A DNA stretch of 64,000 bases. Origin: an uncultured SAR116 cluster alpha proteobacterium. GTDB taxonomy: Bacteria; Pseudomonadota; Alphaproteobacteria; Puniceispirillales; GCA-002684695. The first letter of the stretch is position 1. Each line of letters begins with the position of its first letter. The stretch is taken from NCBI GenBank assembly GCA_902522415.1, contig CABYVI010000002.1, forward strand, positions 10,568-74,567, read 5' to 3'. The notes beneath the pieces were generated by a model, which ran no database searches, had not been told where the DNA came from, and saw only the letters and a list, made by a program, of their open reading frames with translations. The translations under genes and the position numbers were made by a program. Below, piece by piece: positions 22,149 to 31,054 of the stretch.

Positions 22149-24143
22149 TTACTTTCGATTTAATAAATACTTTGATTTTTTAATTATATTATCTTTAGAA
22201 ATTTTAAAATGATCGTAAAGTTCATTTGCTTTACCAGAAGCACCAAATGTTTCCATTCCAATAAAAATATCATCTTCTGAAAGCCATTTATCCCATCCAA
22301 ATGAAATAGAAGCCTCAATAGCGATTCTCGGTTTATTTCCAAGAATCTCTTTCCTGTAAGATAATTCTTGTTTTTCAAACAATTCCCAGCAGGGCATAGA
22401 GATAACAGCTACTGAAATATTTTCCTCCTTAAGTTCTTTTGCCGCTTCTATAGCTATAGAAACTTCTGACCCAGAAGACAAAATAGTTAAATCCCTTTTA
22501 AAAATATCGCCATAAATAATGTAAGCACCTTTACTTGATAAATTCATTTCAGTCTCTTCTTGTCTTAAAGTAGGGAGACCCTGTCTTGATAGTGCTAAAA
22601 CTGAGGGTGTTGAAATACTTTTTAAAGCTATTTCCCATGCTTCATTGACTTCAATGCCATCAGAGGGTCTAAAAACATTTAGATTTGGAGTAGACCTTAA
22701 CATAGATAAATGCTCAATAGGTTGATGTGTTGGTCCGTCTTCGCCTAGCCCAATTGAATCATGTGTTAAAACATAGATTACTCTTTGTTGCATTAATGAT
22801 GATAACCTCATACCACCCCTCATGTAGTCTGAAAAAACTAAAAATGTTCCACCATAAGGAATTGAACCACCATAAAGAGAGATCCCATTCATTATAGAGG
22901 CCATAGCATGTTCGCGAACACCATAATGAATGTAGTTTCCTTGAAAGTCACTTGGCTCAATTATTTTCATGCTACTTGCAAGTGTAAGATTTGATCCTGT
23001 TAGATCAGCTGATCCACCAATTAAAATATCTGTATTTTTATTAATAATCTCAAGCGTCAACTGGCTAGATTTTCTTGTTGCGTTTTTTGGCTTCTCTTTT
23101 ATAAGTTTTTTGCTATAATCTTTTAATTCTAAAAAAATTTTTTCGGGTAAATTACATTTTAATCTATCAAAAAATTCTTTTTTTGAACTAGATAAATTTA
23201 CCAAATTTTTCCAATTTTTATATTTCATTTCTGATTTATTAGAAACATACTTCCAAGCATCCAATGCTTCTTTAGGAAATTCAAAAGGAGGAAAATTCCA
23301 TTTTAGATTTTGTCTTGTTAAATTTATTTCACTTTCACCAAGAGGTGCTCCATGGACTTTATTAGTTCCAACAAAATTAGGTGACCCAAAACCAATTTTT
23401 GTTTTACAAGCAATAATGGAAGGACGATCATTTTTTTGAGCTATTGAAATAATTTCTTCTATTTCTTCTAAATTATGACCGTCTATGGAATGAACATCCC
23501 AATTACAAGACTTAAACCTTTGAAGTTGATTGGTTGATGTAGCTAAGTTTGTATTGCCATCTATTGAAATCTCATTATCATCCCAAAGAATGATCAGTTT
23601 ATTTAACTTTAAATGTCCTGCCATATCAATTGCTTCATGGCTTATGCCTTCCATTAAACAACCATCACCAACAATCACATATGTAAAGTGATCAATGATA
23701 TCAGAGCCAAACTTTTTATTTAAAATTTGCTCACTTATTGCCATCCCCACGGCATTAGCTAAACCTTGTCCAAGTGGCCCAGTTGTAGTTTCAATTCCAT
23801 CGGCATGTCCATATTCTGGATGACCAGCTGTCTTGGAATTTAGCTGACGAAAGCTTTTTATTTGATCAAGAGTCATGTCTTTATAACCCAGAAAATAGTT
23901 GAGGGCGTAAAGAAGCATCGATCCATGACCAGCAGATAAAACAAATCGATCTCGATTAGGCCACCTAGGTTCATTTGGATATATGTTTATAAACTTAGAA
24001 AAAAGAACTGTAGCAACATCTGACATACCCATTGGCATTCCAGGGTGACCAGATTTAGCCTTTTCAACAGCATCTAAAGATAAAAATCTTATTGAATTAG
24101 ACATAAGGCCTAAAACTTCTTTACTCAATTTACTTTTTTCCAT
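22149..24143 (-). CDS. tkt: Transketolase
   Basis: 664 aa. SGHPGMPMGMSD, TPP motif GDGCLMEGISHEA, THDSIGLGEDGPTHQPIEHL. Confidence 0.95.
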   Translation of the reverse strand: MEKSKLSKEVLGLMSNSIRFLSLDAVEKAKSGHPGMPMGMSDVATVLFSKFINIYPNEPRWPNRDRFVLSAGHGSMLLYALNYFLGYKDMTLDQIKSFRQLNSKTAGHPEYGHADGIETTTGPLGQGLANAVGMAISEQILNKKFGSDIIDHFTYVIVGDGCLMEGISHEAIDMAGHLKLNKLIILWDDNEISIDGNTNLATSTNQLQRFKSCNWDVHSIDGHNLEEIEEIISIAQKNDRPSIIACKTKIGFGSPNFVGTNKVHGAPLGESEINLTRQNLKWNFPPFEFPKEALDAWKYVSNKSEMKYKNWKNLVNLSSSKKEFFDRLKCNLPEKIFLELKDYSKKLIKEKPKNATRKSSQLTLEIINKNTDILIGGSADLTGSNLTLASSMKIIEPSDFQGNYIHYGVREHAMASIMNGISLYGGSIPYGGTFLVFSDYMRGGMRLSSLMQQRVIYVLTHDSIGLGEDGPTHQPIEHLSMLRSTPNLNVFRPSDGIEVNEAWEIALKSISTPSVLALSRQGLPTLRQEETEMNLSSKGAYIIYGDIFKRDLTILSSGSEVSIAIEAAKELKEENISVAVISMPCWELFEKQELSYRKEILGNKPRIAIEASISFGWDKWLSEDDIFIGMETFGASGKANELYDHFKISKDNIIKKSKYLLNRK

Positions 24144-25101
24144 TCAACATACCAATTTTTAAAAAAGTTTTTATTTCGTCTGAGGAACCAAAAATTAGAG
24201 GTACTCTCTCGTGAAGTTTTTTGGGATGTAACGACAATATTCTATTTTTACCATCTATTGCTGTTCCACCTGCTTGTTGAATTATAAATGAAATAGGGTT
24301 GGCTTCATAGACAAGTCTTAATCTGCCTTTTTCATAACCTTTTCTGGCATCTTCAGGATACATAAAAATACCACCTCTAATTAAAATTCTTAGACAGTCA
24401 GCTACTAATGAACCAATCCATCTCATATTATAACTTTTATTACTCATAGTTTTATCAACACCAATACATTTATCTATATACCTTTTAATTGAATTTGGCC
24501 AAATTGTATAATTAGAAAAATTAATAGAAAGCTCATTAGTGTTTGGAGGAATAATAATTGACCTATCTAAAAGGATAAATTTATCTTCGTTATTTAATTG
24601 AAACAGCAGTACCCCATTTCCCAGTGTAAGAACAAACATTGTCCTTGGTCCATAAACAAAAAAACCAGATGCCTTTAATTTGTCTCCTTTTTGCAATATA
24701 GTTTTAGAGTAGTTTGGATCTTCTGCATATATTCCAAAAATTGTTCCTATTGGTGCATTAGTTTCAATATTCGAAGAACCATCTAAAGGATCAATGCATA
24801 TAGAATACTTACCTTGCTTATTAAAAAGAACTTCTGCATTTTCTTCTTCAGAAGCATACCATTTTAAATTGCAATCTTTTAGATGCTGTTTAACTATTAA
24901 ATCAGTCTCAATATCAAGTTTTTTTGTTTTGTCGCCATCAGCATTAATAGAGCCTATATTTTGATCTAAATCTTTTCTTTCTGGGCTGAATATTAATTTT
25001 GATATTTTAATGGCGGCGAATGATATACTCTCAATTATATTTAAAAGCTCATTTGAATTAGGACTTTCTATTTCATTATTTATAAAATTTTGAAGGTTCA
25101 T
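24130..25101 (-). CDS. fbp: Fructose-1,6-bisphosphatase class I
   Basis: 323 aa. DPLDGSSNI metal site, GKLRLVYEANPISFIIQQAGG. Overlaps tkt by 14 nt. Confidence 0.9.
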   Translation of the reverse strand: MNLQNFINNEIESPNSNELLNIIESISFAAIKISKLIFSPERKDLDQNIGSINADGDKTKKLDIETDLIVKQHLKDCNLKWYASEEENAEVLFNKQGKYSICIDPLDGSSNIETNAPIGTIFGIYAEDPNYSKTILQKGDKLKASGFFVYGPRTMFVLTLGNGVLLFQLNNEDKFILLDRSIIIPPNTNELSINFSNYTIWPNSIKRYIDKCIGVDKTMSNKSYNMRWIGSLVADCLRILIRGGIFMYPEDARKGYEKGRLRLVYEANPISFIIQQAGGTAIDGKNRILSLHPKKLHERVPLIFGSSDEIKTFLKIGMLNGKK

Positions 25102-25210
25102 AAAGATATTAAAACTCTATAGATTTATATTGTAAACTACATCTAAATAGATTAATTCAAATTAAGTAAATTTAAATATTATTTATGATGCTATAAATTA
25201 ATTTTAATCA

Positions 25211-26119
25211 ATGAAATATAACCTAAGTCTAAGACAGCTCAAAACCATTCTTGTTGTATCTGATAATAAAAGACTTATCAAGGCATCAGATATCTTATCA
25301 TTGACGCCCCCTGCTGTCACAATACAACTAAAACAAGCTGAGGAAGAACTAGGTTTACTATTATTTGATAGAACATCGAATGGTTTAAAATTAACTGATG
25401 CTGGTAGTGAAGTTGTTAAGTGTGCTAGAAATATTTTTGGACATCTTAATGACTTGAACAACAAAATTGAAGAAGTTAAATATGCAGAAAGAGGATCTGT
25501 AAAAGTTGGCGTAGTATCAACTGCAAAGTACTTTGGTCATAATGTCATTGCCGGTTTTATAAATAAAAATCCAAACATAAAAACATTTATTAAAGTTGCA
25601 CCCAGAGAGGAAATACTAAAAGATCTATCTTCTTTTGAATTGGATTTAGCTATAACGGGAACCGTTCCGTTTAATAGGGATTTAGATACTAAAGCTTTTG
25701 GCGATCATCCACTAATTTTTATATCTTCACCAAAGTCATCTTTAGCAAATAAAAAAATAATAAAGAAAATTGAACTTATAAATCAAAAAATACTTACAAG
25801 AGAGATTGGAAGCGGTACTCTTAATACTTTGCAAAGCTATTTAGATGAAACAAAATTAGCTTATGAACCATATTTAACAGAAGTGGGTTCAAACGAAACA
25901 ATAAAGCAAGCAGTGATTTCAAATATCGGTATAGCAATGATATCTGAACACTGTTGCATTAATGAAATAAAATTTAACTTACTTAAAAAACTAAACGTTG
26001 AAGGGTTGCCAATTATCAAAAAATGGTATGTTACAAGGTTAAACTCAAGACAGCAGTCATCTTCAGCAAAATTACTTTTTAATTATATATTTAAAAATGC
26101 AAAAAATTTTTTACCGTAA
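25211..26119 (+). CDS. LysR-family transcriptional regulator (CbbR-like by position)
   Basis: 302 aa. N-terminal wHTH (LRQLKTILVVSDNKRLIKASDILSLTPPAVTIQLKQAEEELGLLLFDR). Divergent from fbp-tkt-fba. Confidence 0.8.
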   Translation: MKYNLSLRQLKTILVVSDNKRLIKASDILSLTPPAVTIQLKQAEEELGLLLFDRTSNGLKLTDAGSEVVKCARNIFGHLNDLNNKIEEVKYAERGSVKVGVVSTAKYFGHNVIAGFINKNPNIKTFIKVAPREEILKDLSSFELDLAITGTVPFNRDLDTKAFGDHPLIFISSPKSSLANKKIIKKIELINQKILTREIGSGTLNTLQSYLDETKLAYEPYLTEVGSNETIKQAVISNIGIAMISEHCCINEIKFNLLKKLNVEGLPIIKKWYVTRLNSRQQSSSAKLLFNYIFKNAKNFLP

Positions 26120-26124
26120 TTATT

Positions 26125-26403
26125 TTAATCAGTCATCAAACATTTATATTGATTAACTTGTCGATATCCATCGAAGTTAAGAATATTAAGTTTTAAATTC
26201 CCAAAACCAAAAACTAAAGTTTTTTGACCTGAAATATATTTTTTACTTAATTTGAAACACTTAAAGTTTTCATTTTTTTTAATTTTAAAACTATCTTTTA
26301 TGAAGTTATTCTTATTTATTGACGGTTCACTTGCATTAGTTTTAAGTGATGTAAAAAAAAATATTAATACTAAAATGATAGAAATGTATCGAAAAAAAAA
26401 CAT
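26125..26403 (-). CDS. Hypothetical small secreted protein
   Basis: 92 aa, N-terminal hydrophobic signal-like segment (ISIILVLIFFFTSLKTNA). No recognisable domain. Confidence 0.4.
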   Translation of the reverse strand: MFFFRYISIILVLIFFFTSLKTNASEPSINKNNFIKDSFKIKKNENFKCFKLSKKYISGQKTLVFGFGNLKLNILNFDGYRQVNQYKCLMTD

Positions 26404-26441
26404 AATCCTATAAACGCCTTAGTTACACAAAGTTTAAATAT

Positions 26442-26858
26442 TTATTTTGAATTAATCTTAATATAGATAGGAGGCACTTCTTCTGGAATAATTTTTTTTA
26501 TAATAATAGACAAAATTCCTTCATCTAAGCTTGCATTTTCAACTTTTAAATTACTTTCAAGTCTAAATTTTTTTTCAAAAGGTCTTTGGGCAATCCCCTT
26601 ATAAAGGTACTCTTGATGAGTTGAGTCATTTATTGATTCAGCTTTGACAACTAATAATTTATCTATCACCTCAACTGATAATTTATCTACTGAAAAACCT
26701 GCTACAGCAATTGTAATTTTATACTTATTATCTTGCAGTTTTTCCAAATTATATGCTGGATAATTAGATTCTTTTACTTCTGCTAATTTATTAAGCTCAT
26801 CGAAAAAAGCATCAAAACCAACAAAGGATTTTATTACGGATGATGAAATTATTGTCAT
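26442..26858 (-). CDS. Small heat-shock protein (Hsp20/alpha-crystallin family)
   Basis: 138 aa. NYPAYNLEK, ITIAVAGF, the GIAQRPFEKKFRL alpha-crystallin core and the GILSIII segment. Confidence 0.9.
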   Translation of the reverse strand: MTIISSSVIKSFVGFDAFFDELNKLAEVKESNYPAYNLEKLQDNKYKITIAVAGFSVDKLSVEVIDKLLVVKAESINDSTHQEYLYKGIAQRPFEKKFRLESNLKVENASLDEGILSIIIKKIIPEEVPPIYIKINSK

Positions 26859-26913
26859 AATTAAATTTAATATACAGAGTTAATAAATAATTAACAATAT
26901 ACATTAAAAGTAA

Positions 26914-27090
26914 TTATGAAAACAGAGGATTAGCCTCCCTTTTTCTCTTTTTTTCTTCCGCTTTTTTCAAATATAGAAGAGCCTCATTTTTAGAAAGTAG
27001 CAGTTCAAGAATACTTTTTTCTCTTTGACTTTTCTCTATATTTTCTTCTTCTGATGTTGCTGCATATTCGTAATTCAACTTTTTGCTCAT
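26914..27090 (-). CDS. Hypothetical 58-aa charged protein upstream of hsp20
   Basis: Track ORF is 26914-27138. I prefer the internal ATG at 27088-27090 (MSKKLNYEY) because GGAGGA lies 4 nt upstream. Product is helical and charged, no known domain. Confidence 0.4.
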   Translation of the reverse strand: MSKKLNYEYAATSEEENIEKSQREKSILELLLSKNEALLYLKKAEEKKRKREANPLFS

Positions 27091-27218
27091 TTTATCCTCC
27101 ATAAAAAACAAAAATTTGACATAAATAAAATAAAGCAAGGTTTGTACCAGTTGTTATTTTGTAAAAATTAAGTAAGGTTGATTTAATAAAAAATTTAATA
27201 TTAAATCTAAATATAGAC

Positions 27219-28034
27219 ATGTCAGATGTATTTTTAAATATCGATGAACAACCTAAAGATAGTGTTTCAATGATCTCTGAACGATTAGAAGACAGATCTT
27301 TTAAAGGCCAATTCTCTGATTTCACAAAAGAATATTTCGAACTTCTGGATTATGATGAATACTCCAGAATTCTTGAATTAGGAGGAGGAACAGGAGTTAT
27401 TGGAAGAAATTTTATTGAATATACAAATTTCAAGGGAAAATATGTTGTTTCAGACTTAAGTAAAGAGTTGTTAAACTTTGGTGAAAAGAAAGCTAAGGAA
27501 TTAGAATTAGATAATCATCTTGAGTTTAAACAAATAGACGCAATGTCAGAAATCATTCATGATCAAGGTTCTTATGATGCTATAATTATGCACACACTTG
27601 TAAGTCATGTTCCCAACCCTGCCCTTGTAATTGAAAATGCAAAAAAACTTCTTAAAAGAAATGGTAAAATAATAATTTTTGATGCTGATTACGAAACTCT
27701 ACTAATGGCATCAGGTAACAAAGAACTTGATGAAATAGTTAATACTGCCATTAAAAAAGGATGCGTTGCACAGCCAAAAGTAATGCGCCTCATTCCCAAA
27801 ATTGCTAATAGTCTCAAACTAAAACTGATTAAATATAAGTCAAATTTATTATTTGAAGCAGGGAGTGCTGAATTTTTTTATGGAATGGGTAAAACTTTAT
27901 CAACTGCTGTTGTTAAATCAAATCAACTAGAAAAAAAAATAGCGGATAAGTGGGTAAAAGAAATGGAAAAAGCTATGTCTGAAAATACATTTTTTGGAAT
28001 GTGCCCATACATTACATATATTTATGAAATATAA
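27219..28034 (+). CDS. Class I SAM-dependent methyltransferase
   Basis: 271 aa. Motif I ILELGGGTGVIG, acidic post-I residue (VVSDLS), motif II-like DAIIMHTL. Confidence 0.75.
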   Translation: MSDVFLNIDEQPKDSVSMISERLEDRSFKGQFSDFTKEYFELLDYDEYSRILELGGGTGVIGRNFIEYTNFKGKYVVSDLSKELLNFGEKKAKELELDNHLEFKQIDAMSEIIHDQGSYDAIIMHTLVSHVPNPALVIENAKKLLKRNGKIIIFDADYETLLMASGNKELDEIVNTAIKKGCVAQPKVMRLIPKIANSLKLKLIKYKSNLLFEAGSAEFFYGMGKTLSTAVVKSNQLEKKIADKWVKEMEKAMSENTFFGMCPYITYIYEI

Positions 28035-28043
28035 ATTATTTAT

Positions 28044-28937
28044 TTAATTACTATTTTTATCTCTTCTTCTTGTTGTTCTGCCTTTAGATCTAGGTTTAGT
28101 AAAATCCTCATCACCTTCTAGTTTGCCGCTGACATTAGAATATTGCTTAGTAAAAGCATCTGACCAACTTCCTAATTTTTCACTGAAGTCTTTCCAATTT
28201 TCTATTTTTTCTTGATCCCTATACATTGCAAATGGTCTCAAAGTACTCTCATAAAAATCAACTTGCTTATGAGTTCGGTATTGCATTGGAGAATACTTAT
28301 TCCAATGAAGACATTGCTCAAGAGGTCTTCTGTATCTTTTATCCTGAGTTTCTGCAGGATAACCAATTGGAATTGTACCAAAAGCTTTCATCCATTTAGG
28401 ATAACCTAATAAATTTGATAATTCATTATTAGTTGTGTCCTCCCCTCCTCCAGAAAGCCAAGCTGAGGTTAGACCCTCAGCTGCAACTCCTAATTGAATA
28501 TTCTGGATTGCAGCACCCATCGAACACAAAAATATAGCATCATTATTTCGAGAATACTCTTCTTCGTAATCTTTTGTTGAAGCATGTGGAAAACAAACTT
28601 TCCACCTAGGATCACCAAGAACTATTATTATTGCAACTGTATTAGCTAAATAAGTTTTCTTTACTGCTGGGAAACCTTTTGCAAAGTCAACGAGTCTTTG
28701 AGCTTGTTTAAGAAATATATTTGTTGTGGATGCAATCATCTTTTTATCTTTAATAACAATAAAATCAAAACACTGTGTGTTAGCACCTGATGGAGCCCAT
28801 CTTCCACAATCAACAATTCTTTTTAAAGTACCTTTTGAAACCGTTTTTCCAGGTTCAAATTTTCTTACACTCCGTCTTTTTTTTAAAACCTTATCAAATA
28901 ATATTTCTTTTTTAATCTCCATGTTTGAAATCTCCAA
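28044..28937 (-). CDS. Nitroreductase-family flavoprotein with ~90-aa C-terminal extension
   Basis: 297 aa. RRSVRKFEP, RWAPSGANTQCFDF, and the GTIPIGYP segment. Tail ends in the basic KPRSKGRTTRRRDKNSN. Confidence 0.8.
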   Translation of the reverse strand: MEISNMEIKKEILFDKVLKKRRSVRKFEPGKTVSKGTLKRIVDCGRWAPSGANTQCFDFIVIKDKKMIASTTNIFLKQAQRLVDFAKGFPAVKKTYLANTVAIIIVLGDPRWKVCFPHASTKDYEEEYSRNNDAIFLCSMGAAIQNIQLGVAAEGLTSAWLSGGGEDTTNNELSNLLGYPKWMKAFGTIPIGYPAETQDKRYRRPLEQCLHWNKYSPMQYRTHKQVDFYESTLRPFAMYRDQEKIENWKDFSEKLGSWSDAFTKQYSNVSGKLEGDEDFTKPRSKGRTTRRRDKNSN

Positions 28938-29058
28938 GTTAAATAGAAACTGAAAAATGTCTTTAATTATTGATAATTAATATACTTATTAGTTGAATTA
29001 TAAATTAAAAAATAATTTCATAAATTGATTATCCAAAAGATTCAATTACCTTTATTAA

Positions 29059-29430
29059 ATGGACAATGAATTTGTAATTTTATCTAAATTATTATTCTTA
29101 TCTTTTATTCACTCAACTTTGATAACGATTTTTTTATACTTAAGATCTTTTAAAAAACTTCAAATCATTTTATTGGTGACTATTTTTACATTTATTATTT
29201 ATTTTTTAAATTTATTTATATTAAATAGTAATTATAAAACCTTTTATATTTTTAATGCTTCAATTTTAACAATAATTTATTTTGAGTTTTCAATAATTTT
29301 AGAAAAATATTTTTTTAGAGACTTTCTTGAAAATTCTCTGCCGATTTCAATAAATTATATAATAAGTTTTACTTTGATGATAAATGCTGGATACTTTACT
29401 TTAATGTTAATCTATCATGTATTTAAATAA
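29059..29430 (+). CDS. Hypothetical multi-pass membrane protein
   Basis: 123 aa, about 4 hydrophobic helices, no motif recognised. In AT-rich DNA such ORFs can be spurious. Confidence 0.35.
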   Translation: MDNEFVILSKLLFLSFIHSTLITIFLYLRSFKKLQIILLVTIFTFIIYFLNLFILNSNYKTFYIFNASILTIIYFEFSIILEKYFFRDFLENSLPISINYIISFTLMINAGYFTLMLIYHVFK

Positions 29431-29495
29431 ATGAATTATAATTAATTTTTATATAAGATTAAGTAAAACGAGCAATCAGTGTAATTTTGTTTATT

Positions 29496-29612
29496 TTACT
29501 TTAAAAAATTTTTTATAAGGTAACTTATAATTTTCCATCCATCAGTAATTAATACATACAGGAAAATTCCAATAATCGCTATACCAATAATGATTGCTAT
29601 ATAATCGTACAT
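29496..29612 (-). CDS. Possible 38-aa single-TM micropeptide
   Basis: Hand translation: MYDYIAIIIGIAIIGIFLYVLITDGWKIISYLIKNFLK. Not in the track (too short). Only coding-like feature in a 330 nt gap. Confidence 0.2.
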   Translation of the reverse strand: MYDYIAIIIGIAIIGIFLYVLITDGWKIISYLIKNFLK

Positions 29613-29722
29613 AATTCATATGTTAATATTAACTAATTTATATTTTAATTTATTTTGGTTTTTAAATCTAAAATTTTATTTTTAACAACCCAAATAATTT
29701 ATCAAACAATTATTTTTCCTTC

Positions 29723-29750
29723 TCGACAATCAAAAATTTCTGCTATAAAT
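29723..29750 (+). promoter_or_regulatory. Duplicated copy of the tRNA-Ser promoter (-35 TCGACA, -10 TATAAAT/TAAATT) in front of the truncated tRNA copy
   Basis: Lies within the 96-nt block 29714-29809, which matches 30851-30946 with 5 mismatches. Both hexamers are intact. Confidence 0.35.
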
Positions 29751-29761
29751 TCACATCAAGT

Positions 29762-29820
29762 GGAGGGATGGCAGAGCGGTAATGCAGCGGATTGCTAATC
29801 CGTCAACCCCTGATTAGGGT
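29762..29820 (+). pseudogene. Truncated tRNA-Ser(GCU) copy: acceptor 5' strand through anticodon arm and variable-arm stem; no T-arm or 3' acceptor strand
   Basis: 29762-29809 is identical (48/48) to positions 1-48 of the intact tRNA at 30899. After that only the variable-arm stem (ACCC...GGGT) is recognisable, and no TPsiC arm follows. Confidence 0.85.
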
Positions 29821-29996
29821 CTTTTACCGACAATTTTAAGACAAATAACCATACCTTATTATACACTAAATTTGGCTAAATAAAAGGCATTTAGAGTAAA
29901 TTTTGTACGAAAAATTAACTTGTCTAAAAACGACATAGTTATGCAACGGATTAAAATTATTTGTCTATAAGATTTCTATTGTTTAATAAAATATTC

Positions 29997-30749
29997 TCAA
30001 GAACAAGGAACTGGAATAGTAAGAGTACAACCGAATCCTTCTTCCCAAGCTCCACAAGTGACACAACCAGCTTCATTTTTCTTTACAACCTCCTTAGCCT
30101 GTTCTTTTGCCTGTTCTTTTGCCTCCTCTTTCGCTTGATTTTTAGCTATTTCTTTTGCAGCTTCATTAGCTTTGATTTTTGCATCTTTTTTGATTTGGTC
30201 TTTAACCTCATCTACTCCTTTACCAATCAATTCAAATGTTTTACCAAGTACTTTCTCAGCTTTTTGATTATCTTCACCAATAATCTTATTAAGAGGAACG
30301 AATACCAATTCTCCCTCAATCATAACCGCAACCATTCCATCCTTTGATGATGTGTTTTTTATCTTTTCAATAAGCTCATCTTCTGTCATTTCACTGACAG
30401 GTTTATTTATTTCCTGCTTAAGCGGTTCTTCCTCTTTAGGTTCTTTATTTTCAAAATCAGCAAATGCTTTATCCAAAACTGCATCGATTTCAGCATCACT
30501 TTTTCCCTGTAATTCACTCATAGGTATATTGATAATGTCTTCATCCATAACAATGAAGAGTTGTTTATTTAATACACCTACTTGGTCACCTCCGTTTTTA
30601 TACTTTTCAATAAGCTTTTTCTTTTCATCTGGCGAAGCAAAATCATATACATTTCCATCAGACGACCAAACCTGTCCACTTTTAATCGTGAATGCATGAG
30701 TATTAAAAGAAATGAATATACATATAATTATGATTGAAAATATTCTCAT
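29997..30749 (-). CDS. Secreted protein, paralogue A (conserved N-terminal domain, AKE-repeat region, Cys-rich C-terminal tail)
   Basis: 250 aa. Signal peptide MRIFSIIIICIFISFNTHA. First ~100 aa are highly similar to ORF 31317-32003. C-terminus is AKEEAKEQAKEQAKE followed by GCVTCGAWEEGFGCTLTIPVPCS. Confidence 0.65.
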   Translation of the reverse strand: MRIFSIIIICIFISFNTHAFTIKSGQVWSSDGNVYDFASPDEKKKLIEKYKNGGDQVGVLNKQLFIVMDEDIINIPMSELQGKSDAEIDAVLDKAFADFENKEPKEEEPLKQEINKPVSEMTEDELIEKIKNTSSKDGMVAVMIEGELVFVPLNKIIGEDNQKAEKVLGKTFELIGKGVDEVKDQIKKDAKIKANEAAKEIAKNQAKEEAKEQAKEQAKEVVKKNEAGCVTCGAWEEGFGCTLTIPVPCS

Positions 30750-30850
30750 ATCTTAATTGTATCGTACAAAAAAATTAAATTCAAAGATTGTAATAACTAT
30801 TTTCCTAATTTCGACATTAAAATTTGAAAACATATTATTTTAATTTATAA
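30450..30850. repeat. Copy 1 of a ~400-nt duplicated block (5' ~300 nt of the secreted-protein gene plus ~100 nt upstream)
   Basis: By-eye alignment with 31704-32105. Upstream parts share strings such as AAAAAATTAAATTCAAAGATT and TACTATTTTC. Boundaries approximate. Confidence 0.7.
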
Positions 30851-30859
30851 TTTTCCTTC

Positions 30860-30888
30860 TCGACAACTAAATTTTTCTGCTATAAATT
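30860..30888 (+). promoter_or_regulatory. Candidate sigma70-type promoter of tRNA-Ser(GCU)
   Basis: TCGACA (30860-30865), 17-nt spacer, TAAATT (30883-30888; overlapping TATAAAT). The tRNA 5' end lies 10 nt downstream. Confidence 0.4.
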
Positions 30889-30898
30889 CACATCAAAT

Positions 30899-30986
30899 GG
30901 AGGGATGGCAGAGCGGTAATGCAGCGGATTGCTAATCCGTCAACCCGTAAAGGGTTGCGAGGGTTCAAGTCCCTCTCCCTCCGCCA
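30899..30986 (+). tRNA. tRNA-Ser (anticodon GCU), CCA encoded
   Basis: Hand fold. Acceptor GGAGGGA/TCCCTCC, anticodon stem GCGGA/TCCGT (one G-U pair) with loop TTGCTAA, long variable arm (ACCC GTAA GGGT), T-arm GAGGG TTCAAGT CCCTC, discriminator G, CCA. Confidence 0.95.
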
Positions 30987-31021
30987 ATTAAATCACAATA
31001 AATCAAAGATTTAAGCCCTAA

Positions 31022-31054
31022 GTGTCAGGATTGAATACTGACACCTTTATTTTG
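31022..31054 (+). terminator. Rho-independent terminator downstream of tRNA-Ser
   Basis: GTGTCAG (31022-31028), 9-nt loop, CTGACAC (31038-31044), followed by CTTTATTTTG. Confidence 0.5.

Noticed and set aside
21082-25101. fbp-tkt-fba cluster as evidence of autotrophic CO2 fixation
   Set aside because: No phosphoribulokinase or RuBisCO gene is in the cluster or the window. All three enzymes also serve central heterotrophic metabolism.
25204-25464. 86-aa minus-strand ORF overlapping the start of the LysR regulator
   Set aside because: It is antisense to a regulator with a clear wHTH, and the Ser/Leu-rich product has no features.
26859-27218. ROSE-type RNA thermometer or sigma-32 promoter upstream of the small-ORF/hsp20 pair
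   Set aside because: I could not find the characteristic SD-masking hairpin or a convincing CTTG-N17-CCTATNT promoter. I saw only a strong GGAGGA Shine-Dalgarno.
27092-27325. 77-aa minus-strand ORF spanning the methyltransferase start region
   Set aside because: It overlaps the 5' end of a well-supported plus-strand methyltransferase and the small ORF upstream of hsp20, and it has no motifs. Likely spurious.
28963-28980. Palindrome TTAATTAT-TG-ATAATTAA upstream of the nitroreductase gene as an operator
   Set aside because: It is composed only of A/T in a ~70% A+T genome. Such dyads are expected by chance, and no regulator gene is adjacent.
29997-30080. Cys-rich C-terminal peptide GCVTCGAWEEGFGCTLTIPVPCS considered as a RiPP core peptide
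   Set aside because: It is the tail of a 250-aa Sec-signal protein, and no modification enzymes, protease or transporter genes are nearby. It is kept only as an unusual feature of the paralogue family.
30097-30132. Tandem 12-nt repeats (GCCTGTTCTTTT x2 plus a degenerate third), considered as a possible CRISPR or satellite
   Set aside because: They are in frame inside gene A and encode the AKEQ/AKEE peptide repeat. There are no spacers and no array structure.
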